63,217 nucleotides of DNA from Escherichia coli (GTDB lineage Bacteria; Pseudomonadota; Gammaproteobacteria; Enterobacterales; Enterobacteriaceae): NCBI RefSeq assembly GCF_003334255.1, contig NZ_QOWU01000026.1. The stretch is one strand, 5' to 3'. Position numbers and translations under genes: made by a program. This document shows positions 52,427 to 61,414 of the stretch, in pieces; the stretch's first letter is position 1; each line of letters starts with the position of its first letter. A model generated the notes under the pieces. It was not told the origin of the DNA, did not search any database, and saw only the letters and a list, made by a program, of their open reading frames with translations.

Positions 52427-52655
52427 ATCAACACCTAGCCTAGGCCCTGGCTAAGGCTTTGGTAGTTCAAACATGATGCACAGCCTGAATGACAACACCT
52501 GAAGCCAGTGGTTGAATGGCAAATTGCACACAAAAACAGTTAACAGGCTAATTATTGAGATTCTAAGTATCTAGCTACCCCTCTCACCCCCCTTGATGGC
52601 TTTGACATCCTCCACGCCCCAAAGGACGTGAAGGATGTCAAATCACTCTGTGAGC

Positions 52656-53369
52656 TCAATCAAAAGTCTCATCATTCCACTGCGACTTGATGACCTTTCC
52701 GACAAACTGGCAGTTTTCGTTACACTCAATCATCTCGAATCGTGGGTTGAGCGGCTCCAGGTACGCTTTACCGCTCTCACGAATGAATCGTTTGAAGGTA
52801 AATTCATCGCCGTTCATTCGGGCCACGCAAAAATCGCCATCCTCGATTTCCCGTTCAGGGTCAACGAGTATCAGCATACCTTCAGGGAAGCTGGGTTTAC
52901 CACCCTGCGGTGCGGTCATTGAATGCCCCTTGACCTCCAGCCAGAACGACCTGTCACTGGCTTTTGTGGTGGTGGAGATCCATTTAATCGCATCTTTTGC
53001 GGTGTACGAAATATCATCCATTGAGAATGCGCCAGCTTGTACGCAGGAGAGTAACGGATATTCGTAAGCGGGGACACGAGTTAATGGCTCTTCAATTGCG
53101 AGCGCCATTTCTGCAATAGATTTTGCCAGGCTGGGACTGAAATCACCAACCTTTACATTCAGTATCTTAGCAAGCTGTGCTGCGTGGCTGGCATTTATGG
53201 CGTTGATGCCAGCCATTAGCTGATTAACAGCGCTTTGAGTAACACCTAATTCATAGGCTAATGACTCCTGAGATAAGCCTAACTCTTTCTTTTTCGCGTT
53301 AAAAATACTTTTCAGACGCTTAGCATCTTCCAGTTGTTCAGGGGTTAACGGTTTCTTTTTCATGTTCAT
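52656..53369 (-). CDS. cI: lambda-type CI repressor (HTH + S24 autopeptidase)
   Basis: 237 aa, colinear with lambda CI ([28 protein letters not shown]...[12 protein letters not shown]...[14 protein letters not shown]...GDEFTFK...LNP). Confidence 0.92.
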   Translation of the reverse strand: MNMKKKPLTPEQLEDAKRLKSIFNAKKKELGLSQESLAYELGVTQSAVNQLMAGINAINASHAAQLAKILNVKVGDFSPSLAKSIAEMALAIEEPLTRVPAYEYPLLSCVQAGAFSMDDISYTAKDAIKWISTTTKASDRSFWLEVKGHSMTAPQGGKPSFPEGMLILVDPEREIEDGDFCVARMNGDEFTFKRFIRESGKAYLEPLNPRFEMIECNENCQFVGKVIKSQWNDETFD

Positions 53370-53373
53370 ACCA

Positions 53374-53442
53374 TATCACCTTTGGTTATATTTATTGAAA
53401 TATCAGCGGTGTTGACATTTTAATAACTGTGCGTAATGATAT
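53374..53442. promoter_or_regulatory. OR operators with PR (and PRM)
   Basis: Three sites: TATCACCTTTGGTTATA (53374-53390), TATCAGCGGTGTTGACA (53401-53417) and ATAACTGTGCGTAATGATA (about 53423-53441). PR is TTGACA (53412-53417)-16/17 nt-TAATGA. Confidence 0.6.
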
Positions 53443-53464
53443 GGGCATTTTGAAGGAGTCAGTT

Positions 53465-53668
53465 ATGGCGATGAAAAAAGAGACCCTGGCTGATTACGTA
53501 TACAGGTTCGGTCAGAAGAAAGCCGCTAAGGACTTTGGTGTGGCGCAGAGCGCGATCAGTAAAGCGCTTCTCGTCGGACGTGAAATTTACGTCAAAACCT
53601 TTGATGACGGCAGAGTTGAGGCGGAAGAGGTTCGACCGTTCCCTGCGTTCGTAAGAGGCGATGATTAA
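53465..53668 (+). CDS. cro: Cro (67 aa)
   Basis: ORF track 53429..53668. ATG 53465 has GGAG upstream. [38 protein letters not shown]...AEEVRPFP is colinear with lambda Cro. Confidence 0.85.
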   Translation: MAMKKETLADYVYRFGQKKAAKDFGVAQSAISKALLVGREIYVKTFDDGRVEAEEVRPFPAFVRGDD

Positions 53669-53698
53669 TCCTGGACACACAGCCCATCGGAGGTGTGA

Positions 53699-53992
53699 GT
53701 GAACAGGCAAATCAAAACGGTTATGCCCGAGCAGTACTGTGATGCTGATCGGGACTGGATACAGGAGCAATTGTTACAGCTAGACCCGACCACCAGGGTA
53801 AAAATTGCAGCAGAGTACGCGAGAGTGTACCAGGAAGAGTGGGACAAGGAGCCTGTATCGTTCAGGAAGGGCAACAGGGCAAGACGGAGCGCCAACACCC
53901 GGTTACGGGTGTATGTCCAGAAGTACGCGAGAGCCAGCCGTGGCTGGATGCTTTCGCCAGTAGCGGTACGGAAGTTTCCCCCGACACCATGA
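53699..53992 (+). CDS. hypothetical protein at the cII position (97 aa, GTG start)
   Basis: ORF in PR-operon orientation. It is not similar to lambda CII. Confidence 0.45.
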   Translation: MNRQIKTVMPEQYCDADRDWIQEQLLQLDPTTRVKIAAEYARVYQEEWDKEPVSFRKGNRARRSANTRLRVYVQKYARASRGWMLSPVAVRKFPPTP

Positions 53993-54200
53993 TGGCGGTT
54001 AGTTGCGTCAGAAATAGTTACGTATGCAACTAATTTCCTGAAAGGAAGAGAGGAGGGGGGTTGGGGGGTGGAGTCGTTGGAAAGGCCTGTATCCCTTGGC
54101 CTAGGCCAGAAGGCAGGTACATAGGTTAGGTAGATCACTGTATAAGAGCGCGATAGTTTCTGGTGAAATGATTATCAAGCTAATTATTGAGTGATAAACT

Positions 54201-54578
54201 ATGTCAGCAGCAACAAAATCGACACTGATCCGTACACTGAGCACTGTACCACTGAGAACAGAGGACCGTTACAGCTTTCTGGCTGATGTTGTAACGATCC
54301 TTAAGTCACAGGGGATGCATGTGGCAAGAGATGTCACCGTAAGAATCGATGGCAGAAATTTCCGTGTTGATATTCTCGCAACAGCAAAAACTGGTGGGAG
54401 TGTGGCTATCGAGATCGATCGTAGCTCTCCGCGACCCCGCTCAGTCATGAAATTGCGTGAATTGGCACGTCGTGGCACTGAAGGCTTTGTGTTGCTTCGA
54501 ATGCCAAAGAAACTGACCAGTTATAGCGATGCTGGGATCGATATCATCCCGGCGAATGGCAAGGGGGCGTCATGCTGA
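54201..54578 (+). CDS. hypothetical protein (125 aa), possible PD-(D/E)xK-like fold
   Basis: The ORF overlaps the helicase start. The FRVDILA...VAIEID pattern is only suggestive. Confidence 0.45.
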   Translation: MSAATKSTLIRTLSTVPLRTEDRYSFLADVVTILKSQGMHVARDVTVRIDGRNFRVDILATAKTGGSVAIEIDRSSPRPRSVMKLRELARRGTEGFVLLRMPKKLTSYSDAGIDIIPANGKGASC

Positions 54579-56092
54579 AAATCACCCCAAACTTTGCTCA
54601 GGAGCGCGGTTTAAACCAGCTGCGGCACCAGTGGAAACAGCATCGCACGTACCTGATGTATGCACCCACTGGCTCTGGCAAAACTGGTCTTGCAGCATTC
54701 GTCACTGCCGGAATGGTTGAACGTGGTATGCGGGTGATGTTTGTCTGTCCGTACACCATCCTGCTGAACCAGACAGCGGAACGTTTCACCGAATACGGTT
54801 TGCCGTGGGAAGAAATCAGTTTTGTATGGCGTGATCACCCTAACTATGACCCGTCACGACTGATTCAGATTGCCAGTGCCGACACGCTGATCCGTCGTGA
54901 GTTTCCTGACAACATCGATCTGCTGATCATCGATGAAGCACACATGAAGCGTCGTGCGTTACTTGAGGTTATCCGGGACAGAGACATCAGGGTTCTTGGA
55001 CTTTCCGGCACCCCGTTCGCAGCCTGGATGGGGAAGTACTACGAATGCCTGATCAAGCCTACAACGATTCGTGAACTTATTCAGCGTGGTGATCTGAGCG
55101 ATTACGAGTTTTTTGCCCCCTCAATGCCTGATCTGGCTGGCGTAAAAACCAGTAACACCGTATTTGGACGGGATTACAACGAGGAGCAGCTCGCATCCAT
55201 CATGGGGAGTTCGGATCTGGTTGGCGATATCGTTCGCAACTGGCTTGAGAATGGCGAGGATTTGCCGACGATCTGCTTCTGCGTGAATGTTGCGCATGCG
55301 AATTTTGTTACCCGTGAGTTTTTACAGGCCGGTATTGGTGCAGAGGTGATGACGGCAGATACCCTCCATGATGAACGACAGGACATCATTCGCCGTTTTG
55401 AAGAGGGCGCGACCAAAATAATTGTCAACGTTGGTGTACTGGTTGCGGGATTTGACAGCGATGTTCGCTGCCTGATCTACGCCCGTCCGACAAAATCAGA
55501 AATCCGTTGGTTGCAGTGCATAGGTAGAGCGTTACGTACAGCCCCAGGTAAAAAACGTGCGTTGATTTTTGACCATTCTGGTACGGTTCATCGGCTGGGC
55601 TTCCCCGAGGATATCGAGTATGACGAACTGCCGGGTAAAAATGACGGAATGAAAGCGTCTGCTGGCGGTGGCGAGGTTAAGGCTGAGAAACTTCCCAGAG
55701 AATGCCCCAAATGCCACTTCATGAAGCCTGCTGGTGTACACATGTGTCCCAAATGTGGGTTTCGTCCTCTTGGTGGCGATGATGTGGCAACAGACCGCGA
55801 TCGAAAACTCTCTCGCGTAAACAAAGGGAAACGCGAATACAGTCGCGAGGAAAAGCAGCGTTGGTGGAGTGAGATCAAGGGGTATCAGAATTACCGCAAC
55901 GCGACGGGTAAACCCCTGAGTGACGGATGGTGCGCTCATACCTACAAGGAGAAGTTCGGTGTGTGGCCTAAAGGCTTCAGTAATGCGCCGCTGCAAACCT
56001 CAGTTGAAGTGTACAACTTCATCAGGTCAAAGACCATTGCCTATGCCAAAGGGCGCAAGAAAGCCATGACAGGAGGCCAGCATGCAGACTAA
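54572..56092 (+). CDS. SF2 DEAD/DEAH-box helicase (phage replication)
   Basis: 506 aa. Walker A APTGSGKT, DEAH box IIDEAH, motif III SGTP, and a C-terminal zinc ribbon CPKCHF..CPKCGF. Confidence 0.8.
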   Translation: MLKITPNFAQERGLNQLRHQWKQHRTYLMYAPTGSGKTGLAAFVTAGMVERGMRVMFVCPYTILLNQTAERFTEYGLPWEEISFVWRDHPNYDPSRLIQIASADTLIRREFPDNIDLLIIDEAHMKRRALLEVIRDRDIRVLGLSGTPFAAWMGKYYECLIKPTTIRELIQRGDLSDYEFFAPSMPDLAGVKTSNTVFGRDYNEEQLASIMGSSDLVGDIVRNWLENGEDLPTICFCVNVAHANFVTREFLQAGIGAEVMTADTLHDERQDIIRRFEEGATKIIVNVGVLVAGFDSDVRCLIYARPTKSEIRWLQCIGRALRTAPGKKRALIFDHSGTVHRLGFPEDIEYDELPGKNDGMKASAGGGEVKAEKLPRECPKCHFMKPAGVHMCPKCGFRPLGGDDVATDRDRKLSRVNKGKREYSREEKQRWWSEIKGYQNYRNATGKPLSDGWCAHTYKEKFGVWPKGFSNAPLQTSVEVYNFIRSKTIAYAKGRKKAMTGGQHAD

Positions 56093-57053
56093 GAAGGCAG
56101 CGGCCGGGCATTGGGGGAGAATTTTTGAATATTACGGCATGCCTCCTGTTACTGGCTTGAAACATTATAGCGGCCCCTGCCCGATATGTGGTGCCAGAGG
56201 TAAATTTCGCTGTGATGATAAGGATGGTTCCGGTTCATGGATTTGTGTCTGTGGTCACGGGGACGGGATGAATCTGTTGCAACTTGCCACGGGTAAGCCC
56301 TGGGTGACGTTGTGTGATGAAATCGATCGGCTGATCGGAAATACCTGGAAGAGGGAGAAAGTCAGCCAGCCTGTAACAGAGATAAGCAGAAAGCGGGAGC
56401 TGGTCATAGATAAGTTTGCCGGACTCCCGTGTCTGCGGGGTACAACAGGTGAGGCGTACCTGCAGGGGAGGGGAATACTCCAGTTACCGACCGAATCCGT
56501 GCGTTTTTGTGACCGTCAGATCGCCAGCGGGCGCGAATATCAGGCAATTTACGCCATTGCAACAGATGACAAAGGTTCTCTTTGCTATCTGCATCGTACG
56601 TTGCTGGATGGTGATCGCAAGGCGAATGTAGAGGCGGCTAAAAAAATGACCGCGCTACAGGAGTTGCCTGGTTTGCAGCATGCCAAATCGGTGGCAATAC
56701 GCCTGTATCCGGTGTCGTCCACTCTGGGGATAGCCGAGGGTATCGAAACTGCGCTTTCATGCCGTCAAATCTTCCGCTGCAATGTGTGGTCAACAATGAA
56801 CTCCGGTTTTATGGAGAAGTTTATTGCGCCACCAGGCGTTAATCACCTGATTATCTTTGCAGACAATGATGAGCACGGCGCAGGTCTGGCGGCTGCCTTT
56901 AAATGTGGGCATAAGAATCTCATGAGTCGTAATGACGTTGAGAAGGTCAGCATTCGCTGGCCTGACTTGCCGGATTTTAACGACATGCTCATTCAGGGGT
57001 GTGAAGCCCGTGAACATGTGTTGACGCGCAAATTCAAAGCGGAGGCTGCCTGA
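56082..57053 (+). CDS. DNA primase (P4-alpha-type zinc finger + Toprim)
   Basis: 323 aa. CPICGARGKFRCDDKDGSGSWICVCG is the primase-helicase zinc-binding motif. The C-terminal Toprim-like segment has AEGIETAL...FADNDEHG. Confidence 0.75.
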   Translation: MQTKKAAAGHWGRIFEYYGMPPVTGLKHYSGPCPICGARGKFRCDDKDGSGSWICVCGHGDGMNLLQLATGKPWVTLCDEIDRLIGNTWKREKVSQPVTEISRKRELVIDKFAGLPCLRGTTGEAYLQGRGILQLPTESVRFCDRQIASGREYQAIYAIATDDKGSLCYLHRTLLDGDRKANVEAAKKMTALQELPGLQHAKSVAIRLYPVSSTLGIAEGIETALSCRQIFRCNVWSTMNSGFMEKFIAPPGVNHLIIFADNDEHGAGLAAAFKCGHKNLMSRNDVEKVSIRWPDLPDFNDMLIQGCEAREHVLTRKFKAEAA

Positions 57054-57502
57054 TGGAAATAGAGATGATCAAGGCGGCTAATGGCGTATTTGTACCGGCG
57101 TATGAGCGCGATTTACCCCGACTGGCAAAATTTAAAAACGGTGAGCTGTATACACTGGAAGCAAAACTTACCCGTAACCCATCTTTTCACCGGAAGATGT
57201 TCGCTTTTCTTAATTTCTGCTTTCAGTACTGGTGCGCTGAACATGCTGGATACGAATTCTCTGATGAAGCGACGCAGTTTGATGAGTTTCGTAAAAATCT
57301 GACAATTCTTGCCGGGTTCTATGATGTGGTCACAACCATAAGAGGCGAGGTGAGATATCGGGCAAAAAGCCTGAGTTACGCGAATATGGATCAGGATGAG
57401 TTTGAACGTTGCTACAACGCAATGATTAATGCCGCGTTAAAGCATGTGTTTGGGCGCTCAAACAGCCCTGAACTGAATAACCGCCTGCTGTCGTTTTTCT
57501 GA
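57053..57502 (+). CDS. DUF1367 protein
   Basis: 149 aa; [20 protein letters not shown] is the characteristic DUF1367 block of lambdoid nin regions. Confidence 0.6.
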   Translation: MEIEMIKAANGVFVPAYERDLPRLAKFKNGELYTLEAKLTRNPSFHRKMFAFLNFCFQYWCAEHAGYEFSDEATQFDEFRKNLTILAGFYDVVTTIRGEVRYRAKSLSYANMDQDEFERCYNAMINAALKHVFGRSNSPELNNRLLSFF

Positions 57503-57503
57503 G

Positions 57504-58073
57504 GTGATGATGAAGCAACGTAAACCCAAAAAATGCAAAGTGTGCGGCTCCTCGTTTGTGCCGTTCCGCTCATATCAGATAGTTTGCTGTGGTCAGTGCG
57601 CACTGGAACTGGTCAGAAAAGAAAAGGCGATAACTTCAGCAAAAGAGCAGGCAGACAAGCTGAAAGCGCGCAGGAGGGACTTACAGCCCCGCAGTTACTG
57701 GATTAAGCAGGCACAACAGGCTGTGAATGCTTATATCAGGGAGCGGGACCGTCATTTGCCGTGTGTTTCATGCGGGACGTTAGATTCAGCCCAGTGGGAT
57801 GCTGGTCATTACCGTACAACAGCTGCGGCACCTCAGCTCAGATTTGATGAACGCAATATCCATAAGCAATGCGTGGTGTGTAACCAATACAAAAGCGGAA
57901 ATCTCGTTCCGTATCGCGTCGAACTGATTAACCGCATCGGGCAGGAAGCAGTAGACGAAATCGAATCAAACCATAGTCGCCACCGCTGGACTGTCGAAGA
58001 GTGCAAGGCGATCAAGGCAGAGTATCAACAGAAACTTAAAGGCCTGCGAAACAGCAGAAGTGAGGCCGCATGA
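57504..58073 (+). CDS. ninG: NinG/Rap recombination endonuclease
   Basis: 189 aa; CKVCGSSF...CVSCG...WDAGHYR...[16 protein letters not shown] matches lambda NinG. Confidence 0.8.
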   Translation: MMMKQRKPKKCKVCGSSFVPFRSYQIVCCGQCALELVRKEKAITSAKEQADKLKARRRDLQPRSYWIKQAQQAVNAYIRERDRHLPCVSCGTLDSAQWDAGHYRTTAAAPQLRFDERNIHKQCVVCNQYKSGNLVPYRVELINRIGQEAVDEIESNHSRHRWTVEECKAIKAEYQQKLKGLRNSRSEAA

Positions 58074-58270
58074 CGTTCACCGTAAAAATCATTCCTGACA
58101 TGCTTGTTGAGGCATATGGAAATCAGACCGAAGTGGCCCGAATACTGAACTGTAATCGTGCCACGGTCAGAAAATATATTGGCGATAAAGAAGGCAAACG
58201 GCACGCCGTCGTCAACGGTGTCCTTATGGTCCATCGTGGATGGGATAGGGGTAAAGACTCTGATGCGTGA
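58070..58270 (+). CDS. ninH: NinH
   Basis: 66 aa; [40 protein letters not shown] is near-identical in pattern to lambda NinH. Confidence 0.8.
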   Translation: MTFTVKIIPDMLVEAYGNQTEVARILNCNRATVRKYIGDKEGKRHAVVNGVLMVHRGWDRGKDSDA

Positions 58271-58688
58271 TATTCAGCAGGTGCTTGAACGCTGGGGCGC
58301 ATGGGTGGCCAATAATCATGAGGATGTGAGCTGGTCGCCCATTGCCGCCGGATTTAAGGGGCTGATCCCGTCAAAGGTTAAATCACGGCCTCAGTGTACC
58401 GATGACGATGCGCTGATTATCAGCAATTGCATGGCGCAACTGAACGTCAACAACAGCGATTTGCATGATTTTCTGTATGATTATTATGTGTTCGGGATGA
58501 CGCTTATGTCACTGGGCCGTAAGCATGGGCGCTCTGATTGCTGGGCCGGGCGGGTACTGCAAAAAGCAGAAGGTGTTATTGAGGGGATGTTGATCATGCA
58601 GGGAGTAAAGCTGGAAATGGACAGGTACGTTGAGCGTGAACCATCAGGATCACAGGCCAGTCAGTTTGCCGGACGTGCGGGAAATTGA
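58263..58688 (+). CDS. Q: late antiterminator Q (phage 21/933W type), 141 aa
   Basis: ORF track 58158..58688. ATG 58263 gives [45 protein letters not shown]..., recognised as the Q21/Q933W family. Confidence 0.8.
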   Translation: MRDIQQVLERWGAWVANNHEDVSWSPIAAGFKGLIPSKVKSRPQCTDDDALIISNCMAQLNVNNSDLHDFLYDYYVFGMTLMSLGRKHGRSDCWAGRVLQKAEGVIEGMLIMQGVKLEMDRYVEREPSGSQASQFAGRAGN

Positions 58689-58887
58689 AAGCGCGAGTTT
58701 TTACTGTAGAATAGCTGCGGGTGCTTGAGGCTGTCTGCCTCGGGCATGCAGCCGTAAGGCAGACAGAGAAAAGCCCCAGTTAACATTACGCGTCTTGCAG
58801 GACGCTTAACATTAATCTGAGGCCAAATCTATGACTTACAAACTTAGGTTAGCCTCTTACGTGCCGAAAGGCAAGGAGAAGTAGGCT

Positions 58888-59043
58888 ATGAAGCAGCAAA
58901 AGGCGATGTTAATCGCCATGATCGTCATCTGTATTACCGTCGTAGTGATAGCACTGGTAACGAGGAAAGACTTCTGCGAGGTACGAATCCGAACCGGCCA
59001 GACGGAGGTCGCTGTCTTCGTAGACTACGAATCTGAGAAGTAA
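58888..59043 (+). CDS. hok: Hok/Gef-family type I toxin (51 aa)
   Basis: Not in the ORF track. MKQQKAMLIAMIVICITVVVIALVTRKDFCEVRIRTGQTEVAVFVDYESEK is colinear with HokC/Gef. A 17-codon mok-like uORF (58831-58884) ends 3 nt before the hok ATG. The 5' GGTGCTTGAGG (58720-58730) is complementary to the 3' CCTCAACGCACC (59093-59104), like the tac/fbi fold-back. Confidence 0.85.
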   Translation: MKQQKAMLIAMIVICITVVVIALVTRKDFCEVRIRTGQTEVAVFVDYESEK

Positions 59044-59217
59044 GAGACCAGGCAGGGGAGTAATCTCCCGCCACCTCTGATGTGTCTGGCATCCTCAACG
59101 CACCCGTACTTTATTTGTCATATGCTCCGCAAAATGCAGGTTGTCGTTGCAACCAATGCGGTAATTTTTTGTGTGCGAGTGCTCAAAAAACGTTGATTTT
59201 CATAAAAGGATGATTTT

Positions 59218-59325
59218 ATGCTGCCAGACCAGCGACCAGCGACCAGCGACCAGCGACCAGCGACCAGCGACCAGCGACCAGCGACCAGCGACCAGCGACC
59301 AGCAGTAAATCAAGAAAGTCTGTAA
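59218..59325 (+). other. RBS + ATG + repeat-encoded leader: displaced N-terminus of the RM gene
   Basis: AAGGA (59206-59210) lies 7 nt before ATG 59218. The frame runs through the heptamer array and stops at TAA 59323-59325. It is offset from the RM frame by one repeat unit. Confidence 0.7.
59227..59303. repeat. heptanucleotide SSR (GACCAGC) x 11, perfect
   Basis: Counted unit by unit from the sequence. There is no stop codon in any frame of the array. Confidence 0.97.
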
Positions 59326-59393
59326 AATCTGTTGAGCCGGAAATTACCGAACTGGCGAACTCATGGCTTAAATCTTACAGGCTTGATTACAAG

Positions 59394-61355
59394 TTGCAGA
59401 ATGCATCACTTAACGGAGAGATCGATAACGCACTGGACGCTTATTTTTCGAAAAATGGCGGCGCAGGCGGTAATCGTCCCGACGTAAAACTCCTTGTTAA
59501 GGACAAATACGGCAAGCAGTATCCCGTTCTCATCGAGTATAAAGGCTACAAGGACAGGCTTATCAGACTTGGCAGCAACGGTATTATTGAGAACAAAGAT
59601 GCCAGAAAAGAATGGAATTTTAAAAATATTAATGGATACGCGGTGAATGGCGCAGTCCATTATGCCAACGCACTTCTTCAGTTCACCAATTACCCTGATA
59701 TTATTGCTATTGGTATGACCGGCTGGCGCGATGATGGTACAGGCGAACTGCATCATGAAATCGGCGTGTGGTACGTATCAAAGAATAATTTAGGAGCCGG
59801 ACAGAAGGTTGGTGAATTCACCGACTTATCGTTCCTTGCTGACAAAAATGTTGATGGATTTCTCAACAAGATAAAGCTGCTTAATCTTCCTCCCGAAGAA
59901 CTGGAAAAAATCAAGGCCAGCAAAGAGGAAGAGATAGACACGCGACTTTCCCGTCTGAATAACGATATTTACCAGAATGAAAAGGGGCTTGGTGAAAGCG
60001 ATCGTGTTTACCTTGTTGTGGCTACCGTTATTGCAACGTTGGGGATTCCGGGAAAGTTAGCACCGCTGGATAAAAAAGAACTGACCTCTTCAACGGAGGA
60101 GGACTTGCGTGATGGTGATATTATTTTCAGGAAAATAAGGAATTTTTTAAGGCTGAAAGCTGTTCCTGAAACAAAAAGAGAAATGATTTTGCGCTCGTTG
60201 CAAAATACGCTGTGGACTGAAAACATTAACAAACCAGTCAACGGTGAAAGCCAGTTAAAGCGCGTGTTTGTTAAAGTTGTTGATGATCTTGGGGAGTATT
60301 ACAAAATTGGACTGACCACCGATTTTACGGGCAAACTGTTTAATGAGATGTATCGCTGGCTTGGATTTACGCAGGACAAGCTCAATGACGTCGTTCTGAC
60401 ACCACCTTATGTTGCCACATTGCTGGCACGACTCGCCAGAGTAAACAAAGATTCCTATGTGTGGGATTTTGCTACAGGTTCTGCGGGATTGCTTGTGGCT
60501 GCAATGAATGAAATGCTCATTGACGCCAGAGAAAATATTCACTCACCGAACGAACTACAACTTAAGGAAGCGCAAATCAAGGCTGAACAGCTTCTTGGCC
60601 TTGAGGTGTTATCCAGTATTTATATGCTGGCCATCCTGAATATGATTTTGATGGGGGATGGTAGCTCGAATATCCTCAATAAAGACTCGCTGGCCGATTT
60701 TGACGGCAAGTATGGATTTGGGAAAACAGGAGAAAAATTCCCTGCGGACGCATTTATTCTCAATCCTCCGTATTCAGCTAAAGGTAACGGCATGATTTTC
60801 GTGCAGAAGGCGCTGTCGATGATGGATAAAGGCTATGCTGCAGTGATTATCCAGAGTTCAGCTGGCACAGGAAAGGCTACGGAGTACAACAAAAAAATAC
60901 TCAAGGAAAATACCTTGCTGGCAAGCATCAAAATGCCTGCGGATCTGTTTATTGGTAAATCAAGCGTTCAGACGTACATTTACGTTTTTCAGGTAAAAAT
61001 TCCGCATAACGCGAAACAGGCTGTTAAGTTTATCGACTTTTCCAATGACGGCTACGCTCGCTCTAATCGCAAAAAGGCAAGAAACAATCTTGTTGATGCC
61101 GATCGTGCAAAAGAGCGTTATCAGGAGGTTGTGGATCTGGTTCACTTCGGGAAAGGTTGCCTTAATATCTTTACGGAGGATGAATATTTTGAGGGAACAA
61201 TCGATCCTGATAGTGGTGAGGACTGGAATCAGACCAGGCCAGTAGATGCTAGGCCAACGCTGGAGGATTTCAAAAAGACGGTAGGTGATTACCTTGCATG
61301 GGAGGTCTCGCAATTACTGAAAAAACAAGGTGAAAACAATTTTGCGGGAAAGTAA
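59394..61355 (+). CDS. type IIB (BcgI-A-like) restriction-modification subunit: PD-ExK nuclease + gamma-class N6-adenine methyltransferase
   Basis: Nuclease motif GGNRPDVKLLV...YPVLIEYKG (PD..ExK). AdoMet motif VWDFATGSAGLL. Catalytic motif LNPPYSAKG. Coordinates follow the ORF track (TTG start). The frame is actually open from 59214, and the natural start is probably ATG 59218 in a different repeat state. Confidence 0.7.
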   Translation: MQNASLNGEIDNALDAYFSKNGGAGGNRPDVKLLVKDKYGKQYPVLIEYKGYKDRLIRLGSNGIIENKDARKEWNFKNINGYAVNGAVHYANALLQFTNYPDIIAIGMTGWRDDGTGELHHEIGVWYVSKNNLGAGQKVGEFTDLSFLADKNVDGFLNKIKLLNLPPEELEKIKASKEEEIDTRLSRLNNDIYQNEKGLGESDRVYLVVATVIATLGIPGKLAPLDKKELTSSTEEDLRDGDIIFRKIRNFLRLKAVPETKREMILRSLQNTLWTENINKPVNGESQLKRVFVKVVDDLGEYYKIGLTTDFTGKLFNEMYRWLGFTQDKLNDVVLTPPYVATLLARLARVNKDSYVWDFATGSAGLLVAAMNEMLIDARENIHSPNELQLKEAQIKAEQLLGLEVLSSIYMLAILNMILMGDGSSNILNKDSLADFDGKYGFGKTGEKFPADAFILNPPYSAKGNGMIFVQKALSMMDKGYAAVIIQSSAGTGKATEYNKKILKENTLLASIKMPADLFIGKSSVQTYIYVFQVKIPHNAKQAVKFIDFSNDGYARSNRKKARNNLVDADRAKERYQEVVDLVHFGKGCLNIFTEDEYFEGTIDPDSGEDWNQTRPVDARPTLEDFKKTVGDYLAWEVSQLLKKQGENNFAGK

Positions 61356-61414
61356 ATTCCCCGCTCAGCGATAAATTAAGAAGCGTTGAGTGGGGAGAGT
61401 TCAGGATTGGCGAT

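Noticed and set aside
53699-53992. Calling the 97-aa gene cII because of its position after cro.
   Set aside because: The sequence shows no resemblance to lambda/P22 CII and no obvious HTH. It is kept as hypothetical.
53665-54138. 157-aa minus-strand ORF opposite the 97-aa gene and the G-rich gap.
   Set aside because: It is antisense to the PR operon, would start inside the intergenic G-rich tract, and has low-complexity composition.
59227-59303. The heptamer array (and the 9-nt array at 39582-39626) as a possible CRISPR array.
   Set aside because: The units are 7-9 nt, directly abutting with no spacers, and there are no cas genes. These are simple sequence repeats.
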